Assembly (NCBI RefSeq): GCF_006345805.1
Contig: NC_043019.1
Coordinates: forward strand, 8,617,360 to 8,681,359
Reading direction: 5' to 3'
DNA length: 64,000 nucleotides
DNA from: Octopus sinensis
Lineage: Eukaryota
The position numbers and the translations under genes were made by a program. Below are positions 27,434-41,369 of the stretch, in pieces (positions within the stretch are counted from its first letter, which is position 1; each line of letters opens with the position of its first letter). Under the pieces are notes generated by a model. It was given only the letters and a program-made list of their open reading frames with translations, ran no database searches and was not told where the DNA came from.

Positions 27434-27544
27434 AGGATACTCCATTGTAAATTTTAGCAAATATTTCATCAGAAATACAGAATGTAATAATTGCATGCTG
27501 GTAATATTGCAGCAGAATGAACGTTGAGAGAAATATAACCAAAG
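27434..27544 (-). CDS. Doubtful exon (111 nt, phase 1 to 1): LVIFLSTFILLQYYQHAIITFCISDEIFAKIYNGVS
   Basis: Pyrimidine-rich acceptor and T|GTATGT donor, but its 3' end resembles the flank of the repeat at 16.8 kb, so it may be repeat sequence. Confidence 0.2.
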
Positions 27545-27754
27545 CTACAATTTGAAGAGGAAGAAGAGATTAACAGTGGGGGTCATGTGATGGAAATTTA
27601 GATACAATTCTTATCTCTCTCCTTATCACCATCAAAAGATCTAATGCAGCTAGCATACCACATCTACAAAGAATTAAAACCGCTCACATATGACAGTTAA
27701 GTACGTGTGTGTGTGGGGGGGAGGCTTTGGGTTTTTTTGCGTGTGTTTGGCTGC

Positions 27755-27900
27755 GCTTTTAGTCGAACAAATCGATCCCAGGAGCTATTCTTTCTAAGCG
27801 TAATACTTATTCTATCGGACACTTTAAACGAAGCGCGAAATTGCGGTGACCGAAATCACACCATCGTTTGTCAAGCGATGGTGGGTTTACAAACAGAGAC
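27755..27900 (-). mobile_element. SINE family B 3' part
   Basis: taatacttattctatcgg...cacaccatcgtttgtcaagcgatggtggg; matches 37.6 kb and 41.2 kb. Confidence 0.7.
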
Positions 27901-28019
27901 ACACAATCATATATATATATATGTATGTATGTACCCGCATGTGTATATATGTGTGTGTGTATAAACACACATGCGCACTTCCCCATATATACATATATAC
28001 ATGCATATGTATATATATA

Positions 28020-28038
28020 TACATATACATATATATAT

Positions 28039-28109
<71 letters not shown>

Positions 28110-28114
28110 GAGAG

Positions 28115-28159
<45 letters not shown>

Positions 28160-28177
28160 GATAGATAGATAGATAGA

Positions 28178-28216
<39 letters not shown>

Positions 28217-28225
28217 TATAGATAT

Positions 28226-28267
<42 letters not shown>

Positions 28268-28268
28268 C

Positions 28269-28352
<84 letters not shown>
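28020..28352. repeat. (TA)n followed by long (GATA)n; similar (GATA)n tracts near 40230-40322, 43540-43577, 46033-46125
   Basis: Direct reading. Confidence 0.95.
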
Positions 28353-28841
28353 TATAGCTACTTTATTGAAGCATATTATAGCATATCAACGCATATACTT
28401 TGTAAGTCTATTAGTCATATTAGTCTATCTCCGGTATTCTAATACTATTTTCTCGAACTCGTTTCACATTTATATGCTTACACTGATACACACACACACA
28501 CACACGTGCATATATATATATACATACATATATATATACCCGGATTAAAAATTGGATATTTATCTATAACGGTAATACTAAAACTGAAGTTTCCTTTTGT
28601 TTAAATAAACTGGAAAGTGATATTCAAAATTGTAATTCTGGAAACGGTAGATTATAATATAAGTCATTTATTTCTCCACATTCTCTAACTTTTCCTCGTC
28701 TCTAAGCACAATCATACACAAATCCATACGCATACACATCTATTTGTGTGTGCATAAATAAACAAATTTTGTTTGTGCATATATATTCCATATATATGTG
28801 GTGTATGTGTATGTGTTTGTGTGTGTATGTGTGTGTTTTTG

Positions 28842-28933
<92 letters not shown>

Positions 28934-29001
28934 CATATATATATGTAAATGTATATATATATATACATTTATATATATATAGAGAGATAGATAGATAGAT
29001 A

Positions 29002-29032
<31 letters not shown>

Positions 29033-29048
29033 GTATATACATATATAC

Positions 29049-29083
<35 letters not shown>

Positions 29084-29087
29084 CATG

Positions 29088-29120
<33 letters not shown>

Positions 29121-29810
29121 TATAAATATGCTCATGCATACATAAGTGTACGTGAGTAAAAATTGAATATAAAATCATTGATCTTGGATTGCGTCTCCCC
29201 CTCTCCAGCTTATATACCTATGATCAATTGGAAACGTATTTTCTTGTTAATCTAGCATTATAGGGCATACGGTTCAAATTTAAATTTAAAATATATAAGA
29301 ATATTTAAGAAGATTTATATTGTTTGTGTCCTCTCTTATAAATTTTTTTCATTGTGCTTTTCGTTTCGGTGAGCACGTGATTTACCGGAAGGAGCTAAAT
29401 TTGTCTTATAAATCATATCTAATATGTTTCTTGTTGTAGGAAAGATTAGATTGAGTTTGACGTATAAAAATTGAGTAATAAATAGAATAAAGATTAAACA
29501 TACACTTATGGATAGGCGATTAAATTGTTGCGTTTATTTTATGTTTATTTCTTTGTAAGTTGCATTGACTTTGTATTGGAATTTAAAGAAAGTTGAAGTT
29601 ATTCATTGGTGGAATGTTGTTTGTTCATACTTATTTATATATTGTTACGTGTGGCAACTGGTGAACTATAGCGTCGTTAGATACAATTTCTTCCAGATGG
29701 TTATTTGCCTATGATTCTATCAGTTAATGTAACAAGTGAGCAAATGTTCCATAATTAACCTGGTTGGCATACAAAGATCACAAATGTATGCTTTGTATAT
29801 AAATATATAT

Positions 29811-29880
<70 letters not shown>

Positions 29881-30063
29881 GAATTAGGGACTCCTGCATT
29901 TGTTAAGCATATAAACTGTTTGGTGGCTTGTTTCTCTCGAAAATATCAGAATGATGTAGAGACCTGTGATGAGAAATGGCTAAAATTCGTCCTGTTAATA
30001 ATTATACCATATGTCACCTATATGTGTGTGTGTGTTTGTGTGTGTGTGAGTGTGCGTGTATAT

Positions 30064-30106
<43 letters not shown>

Positions 30107-30833
30107 GCGTTTATTTGATATTTATTGTATGTATAAACATACATACATATGTGCTTCTTTATGTGTGTTTATGTAGTTGTCTGTGTCTTTGTATGTGTAC
30201 GTGCGTGTGTGTGCGCGTGTGTCTGCATGCGTGGACATTAATTATTTTACGAAAATGCTTCAAAGAACTGTCGTTAAAAATGCAAGTCGCAGAGAAAATC
30301 TGTTCACAAATATGAATAGAAAAAGCGTTTGAGATAAATTCCATTAACATGACGTGGGATTACTGTACATTTATACTAACGGAGGGAATTTGCTGTTCCA
30401 TCGCATGAAGGTAGTCCCACTGATGACTAGTCCCAAATAAGAGACGAAACCACGATCCTATGTTCTACCTTTGCTAGAGTGACAGTTAGCAATTGTGTCA
30501 GTATACTTAAATGTGTTTGTCACGCCGCTATAGGAAGTTTTAAGTCTTCTTTTAGAAATAATTCTCATTTAAGTACCTACAGTCACGATTTGTGACGACT
30601 AATATTTTCCTGTACAGCTTTGTATAGCGAATTGCTGCTCACATTTATTTATTTCTGATATACGTGTGTACGTGTGTGCGTGCGTGTGTGTGCGTGTATA
30701 CGAACGTACATCATGTTCACACACCTGTGTGAGCGTTAACGTATGTAAATGTAAGATCTTCTATGTTATCTACGTATATATGCGTGTGTGTGTGTATGCT
30801 ACGTCTTTGCTTTACAGGAGCCTATTCAATATT

Positions 30834-30888
<55 letters not shown>

Positions 30889-31603
30889 TGTGTCTAAAAC
30901 ATGTATATATCAGAAATCAGTGGTACATTTTCCCCTTGTTTACAGGAATTTGATCTTCTTGAATACGTTAAATCTTGTGCATCATATCGAAATTTGATTA
31001 TTAAGCTATTTAGAATACAAATACATATAACTGAATTTATTACTTTAATTTCAACAAAATTTAATAAACTCCTTTGTTGAGAAATGTGTTTACTTATATT
31101 ATTAAAGAAAATTCGGAACAGTTACTTTCATTATAATCATATTGATCTTTATATATTGATATATATTACATGAGGCACAGCAGGTATGTGTAAAAATTCG
31201 TTATTGCTGTCAAGAAATTAGCCATTTAATGTAAATTCCTCGTAAAGGATCTGTCAAATTTTAGGCAATTTATTAAATATATATTTTCAAAATTTACCAA
31301 TATTTGTAAATTCTCGTGGTAAGCGATCATCTTAGTATTATATATAATCAATAGGTATGTGAGAATTATCAGATAATTTACTTTCAAAAACGACATATAT
31401 GTTTTGTTAATTAAATTTTAAAAATAAACTCCTAGGCAGCAAATGTGCATTGTGCATATACTGACTTATATATATATATATATATATTATATATACAATA
31501 GATAATGTTTCCTTACATTTATGCAACAATATACTATTTCATATATATAAAATTAAATGTAATATATGTGTGTGTATATATATATATATATATATTAAAT
31601 ATA

Positions 31604-31634
<31 letters not shown>

Positions 31635-31938
31635 ATATATAGATTATATATGGATATATATATGTGTGTGTGTGTAGTGGTGTGCGTGTATTTATAAGAT
31701 TGTAGAAACATTCGTATGCGTAACATATGTTTCCTCTTTTGTGTGTGCATACGAGCGTACATTATACTCTCAGACCTGTGTGGGTGTAACGCATAAACAC
31801 ACACACACACACAGAGCGGGGAGTATTCGGTATATAATAACACAAGTTGATCTCTGAGATGCCAATGTTATTTTCATTTCTGCATATTTTAGACGACAAT
31901 AAATCGACTGTATACATACATACACACACACACCACAC

Positions 31939-31987
<49 letters not shown>

Positions 31988-32295
31988 GTATATATATGTA
32001 TGTATATATATATACATATATGTATATATATATATATATATGTGTGTATATATATATGTATATATATATATATATATGTATATATATACATACATATATA
32101 CATATGTATATATATATATATGCATATATATATATGTATGTATTATATTGTTTATTCAAATCATTGTCTCTCTCATATAAACTCATAGCAGATAAATTGA
32201 TGCAATTTTCCTGATGCATAAAACTGGTTATAAATACTAAAATAATGATAGTAGACAGATACAATATAAACGTAACGTTTCTTACAACGAAACAT

Positions 32296-32765
32296 TTATC
32301 GGTCAATATGGCCGCCCCAATGGGCATTTACAGCCCCCACACGAGAGGAAAACTTTGTTACTGCTGCTGCAACTTCCCCCCTTTTTGACTTTGTTTGTCG
32401 CTCGTACGATGCAGGTTTTCAAACTGTTTACGCTGGAGTCTGGCGAAGCAATGGTTCATGCTTAAAGTTCGCCCTATAAAAAGTGATGAAGAAGAGTGGG
32501 GCTTGGGATATTATTGCGCCAGATGATGGCTTACACAAAAACTATCACCTACTTACTAAGGATGGCGTGTGTTGTTTTTGACACATGGCACGATGTAGGA
32601 TCCTGTATAAGCACCACATTTTCAAGCCCAGACTTCTACTCCTTCCAAAGTATCAGAGAGGACTTCAGGATGTCCAGATATTCCTTTATGGCGAACTTCA
32701 AGCCAGTCTCGAAGAAGTGGAGATCCATGACATTTCCATCACTTGCCACAGCTCTAAATACCATC
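32296..32765 (-). mobile_element. Decayed Tc1/mariner transposase, DD37D/maT-like, C-terminal half
   Basis: MVFRAVASDGNVMDLHFFETG...EYLDILK...VVLIQDPTSCHVSKTT... ending [18 protein letters not shown]; several in-frame stops; a SINE 3' end abuts at about 32760-32850. Confidence 0.75.
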
Positions 32766-34089
32766 ACAAAGGTCGATTTACTCGACTAAAGGCGTTGCTC
32801 AAGTATGGCCACAGTCAAATGTCTGAAAAAGTAAAAGAATAAAAAGAATAAAATAATATATATATATATGTATATATGTATATATATATATATATATATA
32901 TACATTTCGATACACACACGTACATACAGGCACACACACACACACATTCAGGCTTCCGATGAAGCAAATGCGTTCTAAAAATGATTATCTCCCCTCATAA
33001 GAAAATTTTGTCGTGCTTGATAGAAAAGAAATTTCTCCTTGACTGATCCTCTCCGCAGTGTACCTGTTACCCTTACACTCTCTTTGGTGACTGATCATAA
33101 GGTATAGCGCAGTTTCGCAGCAACAAACACACAGGTATTTTTGTTGGAATGCTCTGTTGCAAAACGTTTGGCCCAAATCTTTGACATTAAGATAACATGA
33201 TATCTCGATACGATGCTTCCTCCTACAACAGAAACTCATCTTCCCTATTTATACTAATGCTCGGTGGACGCCCATTGCATTATCAAAACCACGCCGCCTA
33301 CATAAGCAGCGTTGATATATCTATATTTTATGTGACAGATGTCTAATACGTTTCGAAAATTGCATCTCACACAGCAAAGTTTAATATATACGGATATCAC
33401 ATGACAGACATTTTAAAGAATCAAAGGATTTTATCTCACACAAAGGCAACGTTGATTGAATCTGCAATTCTCATTGTAGGCGTTTAGCAAAATATTGAAG
33501 GAATTGCATCGTACACTAACCTAGCATTGTTAAATCTGGATCTCTTTTAGTAGATGTCTAAAAGATTGTCAAAACGTCATGTCATACGAACAACAATGAA
33601 AGGTTTGCTTAAAACGCATTAGCAACATGGCTTTATATGCAGATCACATGTCAGGTGTTTGAAGGTCAGGTGAGCTTACGTGTCACCTTTTCGATAACAG
33701 CCACATGTGCGACTAACAACTCTAAAAGTGTTTTCAAGTTGCACCGTACATGATGCTTCATGTTGAATATTCCACAACTCAGTATGATTTCGTCGTTCAA
33801 ACACCCATGGCTAATCACACTCCACCTCTCGCTTGCTCTTACGCTTTCTTCTAGTCTGTCTCTTGATATCTCTCTCTTTTATGTCTCCTTTTCTCTCCCT
33901 CTCGAAATAGTTTCTCTCTCTTTCTGTCTGTCGCAATCTCTGGTCATGTGAATATATACAATTTGCCACTGCACCTAGTGGATTCTCACAGAGAATCCGC
34001 TACTGCGAAGTTCAAAGTGTAGAACAAACATCAGAAGAATTTATGTGAAAACTGGATTGGACAGCAGAAGATAGTTAACAAGATTATAA

Positions 34090-34330
34090 GAACCAACAAA
34101 GAAAACAAGCCGCCTATGGGATGGTCACATCTATAGCATGAAGGATACCTGATAGACAATCTGGTTGCCGGGATTGACACCGTGATAATAGACAATACCA
34201 AGAGTCCGACCAAAGATGGCCAGAAGACCTCACCCGCTACTTGGGGCGTATATGGCCACGACTAACCAGAGACTAAGAGCGGTTTACGAAGTTCAGGGAG
34301 GAGTATCCTCTTTTAGGAGCGATGAAACCT
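34090..34330 (+). mobile_element. RTE-like LINE 3' end remnant
   Basis: Degenerate WDGHI...RP...RWPEDL...LGRIWPRL motif series typical of the RTE ORF C-terminus. Confidence 0.65.
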
Positions 34331-34489
34331 TGGATTTATATTAAATATAAAAATATTAGATATAAAGAATATATTGTATGATGCAAAAAAAGCGGTTTGT
34401 ATTGGTAATAAGTATTTTTTTACCACTTTAAGGCCGGTGATTTGTTAATATTGATTGCTAGAGGAGAGGACAAAATATTTTGCAATAGC

Positions 34490-34700
34490 TAGCTGCAAAG
34501 CAGGAGGGCTGGCATTTCGTCCGTCTTTACATTATCCGTTCAAATTACGCCATGGTAATCCTTGGCTTTCATTCTTTCCGGATCGATAATATAAGTAACA
34601 GTTGATCACTGGGTTCAATATAAATGATTTACCCCCACCCCAAAATTACTACCCTTGTGCCAAAATTTGAAACCAATGTTCAGCTGCACACTTTAATATT
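34490..34700 (+). mobile_element. Diverged SINE family A fragment
   Basis: gcatttcgtccgtctttacatt..ccgttcaaatt...ggctttcattctttccggatcgataa. Confidence 0.6.
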
Positions 34701-35615
34701 CTTTGGTCGAGACCTGCTATGCTCGACATTGCCATTAATACTTGAATTCTTAATAAAACAATGTTCCAACCATGTACTGGGTTTTGATTTAATCCCTAAA
34801 GCCTAAAATGCAATCTGTGTCCCTCGGTGAATCTTAATAATCTGTAGCATTTGTTACGTCATTATAATGGAAAGTGATTTTGAATGCATTTTTAAAACTC
34901 ATCAAACAAATCCAACATCTTCGCAACATGCCAAACGTTAGTGTTTATATTATTTAGTTGGCATAAGAATTCCACAATCGTTTAGGTGCAATAATAATTA
35001 TATCAAATGCGTTTGCGAATGCCATTAACAGGATAGGTAGAGTAATTACGTAGATAAAATTGCATTTAATGGTTGAACTCATTAATTCAAATATCATTTC
35101 TTAAAATGTTAAATGAGATGTCTATTGCTGACTTACAATGCTAAACAACGGCTTGGACAGATGAAGAACTTTCGAAGAATTTTCCGATTTCTGAAAAGAG
35201 AAAAGAAAAGGAAATAGTAAAAAAAATCTGAAAAATTCTGGCGTTAATATCAATTCGTTCTAGAGTTATTTCCCCTAACTTCCTGGACCAGAATTAAACA
35301 CTAACGGATATTTCTTTTTGATTATGTTTTGCGTGCTTCATTATTTGTGTTATTTAAATAAATTGAAATTTATTGGCTGACAGCATTGTGTTAGCATTGA
35401 ATTAAATATTAGATAGCATGTTGCTATGTTAACACTCGAAATCAACACTTTTTGGAGCAAAGGAAGTTAATTTAGTGACATATCAAATTTGTTTGCGATG
35501 TCATCTATATAATATTTCACTAGCAATATCTCAGGAAATATGATTAATGACTCCAGAAGCACCAACGGGTATATATACATACGTACATACATGCATGCAT
35601 ATATATATAAATATT

Positions 35616-35742
<127 letters not shown>

Positions 35743-35752
35743 TGTATGTATG

Positions 35753-35786
<34 letters not shown>

Positions 35787-36526
35787 AAGAGAAAGAGAGA
35801 GAGAGAAAGAGAGGAGGGAGAGATACGGGCGGAGAGAGAAGGGACACACAGACAGACAAAGAGAGAAAGAATGAGACAGAGAGAGAAGAAAAGAGAGAGG
35901 CAAAGAAAATATTATTTACCGATAATTGATGAATGACTTGGAGAAATTGTGTTTTGAGAAAAAAGCTAAAGATAAAACAAATAAGTCAATTTTCAGTCTT
36001 TTAAGGATTTTCGGCGACCTGTAGACTGTCTGAGACGTGTTTAATTAATAGCTAACTACTCATAATGTAAGGTTACTAAATTAAACACTTGTGTGCGTGA
36101 AATAAGAGATTTACTGAGAGATTGAATTTATTTCAGATGCCAGTTGCAAGATAACAAGCCAGTTATGCTGCCGAATGTGTATTTAGTGATTAGAATGGAT
36201 ATTAATCAGGTGAAGTACGTTTCGATATAGACAGCAAGCTTGCGATAAGAAATTCGTTTTACAACTACGTGCGGCGCTCGCTTCGATCCAGAAGTGAAAT
36301 ACATTGGTCAAGTTTATTTTTTTCTTTCTACTATCATCTGAGGCAGTCTAGTGAAATCAATTGCAGAGAATGTAATGTAGTAGAAACCAGAATACATATA
36401 TAAATACATACTGAGAGGCAATATTTAGCCCCACTTGACTGAGGATATTCAGTTAGGAGAAGCTCTACGGCGGTAGAAACTCACATATTGGCTTTTGAGG
36501 CAGAATGCAATCTTGTTAGTTAATAT

Positions 36527-36942
36527 GTATTTCTTTACTACCCATAAGGGGCTAAACACAGAGAGGACAAACAAGGACTGACAAACGGATTAAGTCGATT
36601 ATATCGATCCCAGTGCGTAACGGGTACTTTTATAATCGACCCCGAAAGGATGAAATGCAAAGTCGACCTCGGCGGAATTTGAACTCAGAACGTAGCGGCA
36701 GACGAAATACCTATTTCTTTACTACCCACAAGGGGCTAAACACAGAGGGGACAAACAAGGACTGACAAACGGATTAAGTCGATTACATCGATTCCAGTGC
36801 ATAACTGGTATTTATTTAATCGAATCCGAAAGGATGAAAGGCAAAGTCGACCTCGGCGGAATTTGAACTCAGAACGTAACGGCAGACAAAATACGTCTAC
36901 GTATTTCGCCCGGCGTGCTAACGATTCCGCCAGCTCGCCGCC
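36527..36942 (-). mobile_element. SINE family A head-to-tail dimer with target-site duplication
   Basis: Full unit 36711-36942 plus headless unit 36528-36710; TTGTTAGTTAATAT at 36513-36526 and 36943-36956. Confidence 0.9.
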
Positions 36943-37479
36943 TTGTTAGTTAATATCGTTAGCGGGGTTTTAATTCCGCACCACACACACACGCATTTAG
37001 CTTTTCTATTGGTGTTTAAGCTTGAAGTGTTGAAACAAATGCCGTAGAATCAAAGGAATGTTGTGGCTTTAATAAACACATCTTCCATTTCACTTCATTT
37101 GACACTCAGTCAAAAGATTAACTTATTAAATAGCTGACTAATCGGTTGCTCGGAATATCATTCGATCAATCAACTGAAAAGCGATACTGCCGGACTATTT
37201 TCAGCTTATGAATAACGTGTCATCGTGATTCAAGACCTGTTGCTTATACAGGATAGATAACGGTAGGTTGATGTAGTCGAGCACTTTAGCTGACCTTAGT
37301 TGTCTCTTACGTAGACAGACAAATAACAGACAACCGCCGCAAGAAATTTGACTCGGAATTACTGTATGTAGGTTATCAATACATAATATAAACAGACTTG
37401 ATATTAACTGGCATTGACTTAATTAGTCAACCACGATCTTTACTCAAACGCGTATATTTTGTCTATCATCCATTATTCT

Positions 37480-37870
37480 TTTGCTTGATTTAGTCATTGA
37501 ACTGCAGCCAAGTTGGAAGATTGTCTTTCGTAATTTTAGTCGACTGTGTCGACCCCAGTACTAAATATTTGTTTTGAAGCTTCGTACTTATTCTATCAGT
37601 TTCTTTTGCCGAATCACTAAGTTAGGGGAAACTAAACACACCATCACCGGTGGTGGGGAACAAACACAGACATAAAGACACACGCTGGTATACACATATA
37701 CGATGGGCTTCGTTCAGTTTCCGTCTACCAAATCCACTCACAAGGCTTCTCTCGTCCCAAGCCTATAAAAGAAAGCACTTGCTCAGTGTACCATGCAGAG
37801 GGAATGAACCTGGAGCGAGGTTATTCGGAAGCAAGCTTCTTACCACACAGCTACTCTAGCGCCTCTGTGT
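37480..37870 (-). mobile_element. Near full-length SINE family B
   Basis: Reverse complement of the 9065-9480 family from tail to tRNA-like head (aagcttcttaccacacagc). Confidence 0.85.
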
Positions 37871-39669
37871 GTATATGCAACACAATTATTTGAATGGCTT
37901 ATGTCTGGAGATTGAGATGATAAGAAATTATCCTATTCTTCTCCTTAGAACTCCCACAAGTAAACTGGGGATTTTTATACTGCGCTTAGGGATATGTATG
38001 ATTGTTCCAAAAATGTTGATGACCAATATTTCAGTTACCCAGAATAGTGGAACATTTTCAGATTCATACGTGTGTGTAGTTTTTAAATTTAACCTCTTTG
38101 TGTTATTTGACTGCGGGGATGCTGGGACCGCCAACCTCAAGAGATTAATTATTCAAATCAACTCAATTACATATCCTAAAGTCTGGTACCTATTCTACCA
38201 ATGTCCTTCACAGAACCGCTAAGGCACGCTAAGTAAAGGACCAACACTGGTTATTGAGCGGTGTTGGGGGACAGCGGGTGACATATTTGGCCGATGGAGG
38301 ACATTAGGTTAAACATTTCGTCGCTTATTGGAATCAGCGAACATTTCTATTAACTAACAGTCACAGTAAAAATTGCGCTTGAGCAAATTAAAGTTGCTAA
38401 AATGCGAATAAAAATCCGAGAATGCAAGCAATAGAAATTGGGAACAAAGACTACATAGGTTTCATAGCTGGAATAAAGTTTGTTACATAATTAAGAACAC
38501 ACATAAAAACTTGGTTAGATCAGTGTTCTATTATATTAAAGATGGTTTACGTTATAGTTTGGAGATGAATTAAACACACACACACACACACATAAACACA
38601 CACAAATAAACGCACACGCAAAAACACACCCAACAAAAACGCACGCACACAAACACACACACACAAGCACAGAGACAAGCACATACACAAACACACACAC
38701 ATACGTGCGCGCATGATGGTGCTTATATATATATATATATACAACGAGAGGGAGAGAGGGAGAGAAAGAGATGCCCGTCCAATTTACTCAGAGCATTATG
38801 TCCTATGTTAGATAATGTGCACTTGACAAAAAAATATATATTTAATAAACATTTTTATGTAAACAATTTATTAGCAATTACTGTAGATAGAAACATGGGA
38901 TGGTTTTTCGATGCATTAACTTTGTCCCATGAGATATTTTCCTATATCAAAAGTGAAACCACAACAAGCTAAGCTATAAAATACATCAGCTGAATGTAGT
39001 ACAGGTGTGTTTTTTTCTCTTTTTTTTTTCCTTTTTAAATAAGATTTCAAAAAATCTATCTTTCATAACCTACAATAACAGAAAAGAGTGAGTAATAGAT
39101 TTACAACTTTTTGAAAAATTCTGTCAAATAATTAATTTAAGAGACTCCAGGCAGCGATAATTAAAATGTAGCTGCGTTTCTTTTTATTTAGTTTGCTCGT
39201 CCGCTAAAATAGGAATCCTTTGGCTGAGATGAGTGTTTCTGTAGGGCTTTATGCCGTGTGAAAAATGCACGCGAAATTACGTACATGGCGAAAATTGAAT
39301 CGGTACGCAGTGGGGCAATTTTAGACACGTTTCTATAGGGAGAATTACTCTTCAAAGATAATTACTGCAGTCATGGTCATTCCACGTTTCTCTCTACTCA
39401 AGCGTGTTAATTCCTTAAGGATTATTTTCATCATCACTGCTCCTGATTGCTATTTTGATGTAGACTAAAAATTTTACATTGCAGTCCCTCTTTCATCCCA
39501 TATAGATAAGTGTATGCGTGTGTGTGTGTGTACGTGTGTGTGCGTGTGTGAATGTGTGTGTACGTACCCACCCACACACACCGACCGCACAGATACACTC
39601 GCACACATATACACACAAACATACATGTATCTGTGCGTGTGTGTGTGTCTGTGTTTGCCCGCCCCCATT

Positions 39670-39860
39670 TTGTCAAGCGGTATTGCTATATTTACACTGA
39701 CGTAACTTAGCGACTCGGCCCCTGAGACCGACAGAATGCGCACCGGGCTTCAACAAAAGGTAGAGAGTAATGGGGTCGATTCACTTGACTAGAATTGCTT
39801 TAAGGCGGTTCCCCAACACCAACGTGCCGCACACTAACGACAAAAACAATTATTAATAAG
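39670..39860 (+). mobile_element. SINE family B 3' part, diverged
   Basis: tttacactgacgtaacttagcg...ggggtcgattcacttgact...taaggcgg. Confidence 0.6.
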
Positions 39861-39913
39861 AGATAAAACATATGTATGCATATGTGTGTGTGTGTTATAC
39901 ATGATATATGATG

Positions 39914-39954
<41 letters not shown>

Positions 39955-39996
39955 TATATAAACATACATATATTTACGTATGCATGTATATATATA

Positions 39997-40067
<71 letters not shown>

Positions 40068-40229
40068 TCACACACACGCGCATATATGTGTCTAAATAGA
40101 ATTAGGTGGGTGTACGTATGTGTGTATGTACCTATGTAAATATGTATCGCGAATTAGCGCACTTTTGTCATTTATAAATTTATTATTCTCATATGTTTGA
40201 GATACCTTACGTTTTGCATGCAAACATAC

Positions 40230-40322
<93 letters not shown>

Positions 40323-41054
40323 CATGAAATATGTATTAAATAACTATATTACATTCACACATGCAACACAAGTGAAACATCATCATTATAATTGCTAAAC
40401 CATAATAATTTTCATCGGTAGACAAATGAGACAACGCGCCACGCGTTTCACCTAATTCTCTTTTCTTTTTATCATATGTAATTTATATTCTAAGCCACTT
40501 CACTATATAGGATCCCCTCTGTAACTTAGAGAAGCATTATCGGGTGTATGTTTATATTATTGCCTATTTATAAAACGTTGCCACCTGGTTCATCTTAAAA
40601 CAACAATGGGGTAGACAGAGCTGTTTTTGCAATCATTTCCCGGTATATTCTGTATTAACAATTAAAATTCGACAACGGACTTTATATTAGAAAGAATGCT
40701 CTTTGATATTGCCGTATCATTTCACGCTTCAGAAACCACTTCTCTTAAAATGGTAATCCCTCGTTCTGTAGCGAAAATATATACATACACAATCGCAGAC
40801 ATCTGCGAAAAGTACACGCATATGTGTATTAGCACACACACGGATTGTCAACAATACTCTCAGGCATACACCGATGTAAAATTATTGTACAAATTACATA
40901 TGTGTATATTTATTTACATATTTGCTTTGTTTAGGCGCTATGCAGTCTCTATTCTGATGTACGTAAGACGTTGGTCGTAGCCCCCAGCAATTCATATTAG
41001 TTGTTGAGTATTATTTTGGGATAAAATCTTCTGTCGCATAAAACACACTCAGAT

Positions 41055-41270
41055 GTATGTATGTATGTGTAAATAGAGGTATATTCATTTATTCTTTTAA
41101 TTATTTCAGTCATTTGATAGCGGCCTTGCTGGAGCACTAGTTTTAGTCGAGCAAATCCTTCTTATTTGTAAGTACTTATTCTATCCGGCTGTTTTTCCGA
41201 GGGAGCGTAAACACACCAGCATCGTTTGTCAAGCGATGTGAGGGGCGGGGGTGTAAAAACAGACACACAA
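41055..41270 (-). mobile_element. SINE family B 3' part
   Basis: cagtcatttga..gcggccttgctggagcact...gtaaacacaccagcatcgtttgtcaagcgatg. Confidence 0.7.
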
Positions 41271-41298
41271 ACATATACAACACACACATATACATATG

Positions 41299-41369
<71 letters not shown>

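Noticed and set aside
30411-30465. CTGATGA-CTAGTC..GAC-GAAAC match
   Set aside because: No correctly placed helix III and NUH triplet; helix I absent.
33080-33228. Alternative upstream exon candidates here and near 33.7, 37.3, 49.7, 50.2 and 52.1 kb
   Set aside because: Several mutually incompatible options of similar quality; choosing among them without RNA data would be arbitrary.
33975-34005. Hairpin gtggattctc-aca-gagaatccgc next to CTAG; partial echo at 46239
   Set aside because: Could be a Helitron 3' end, but no matching body was identified.
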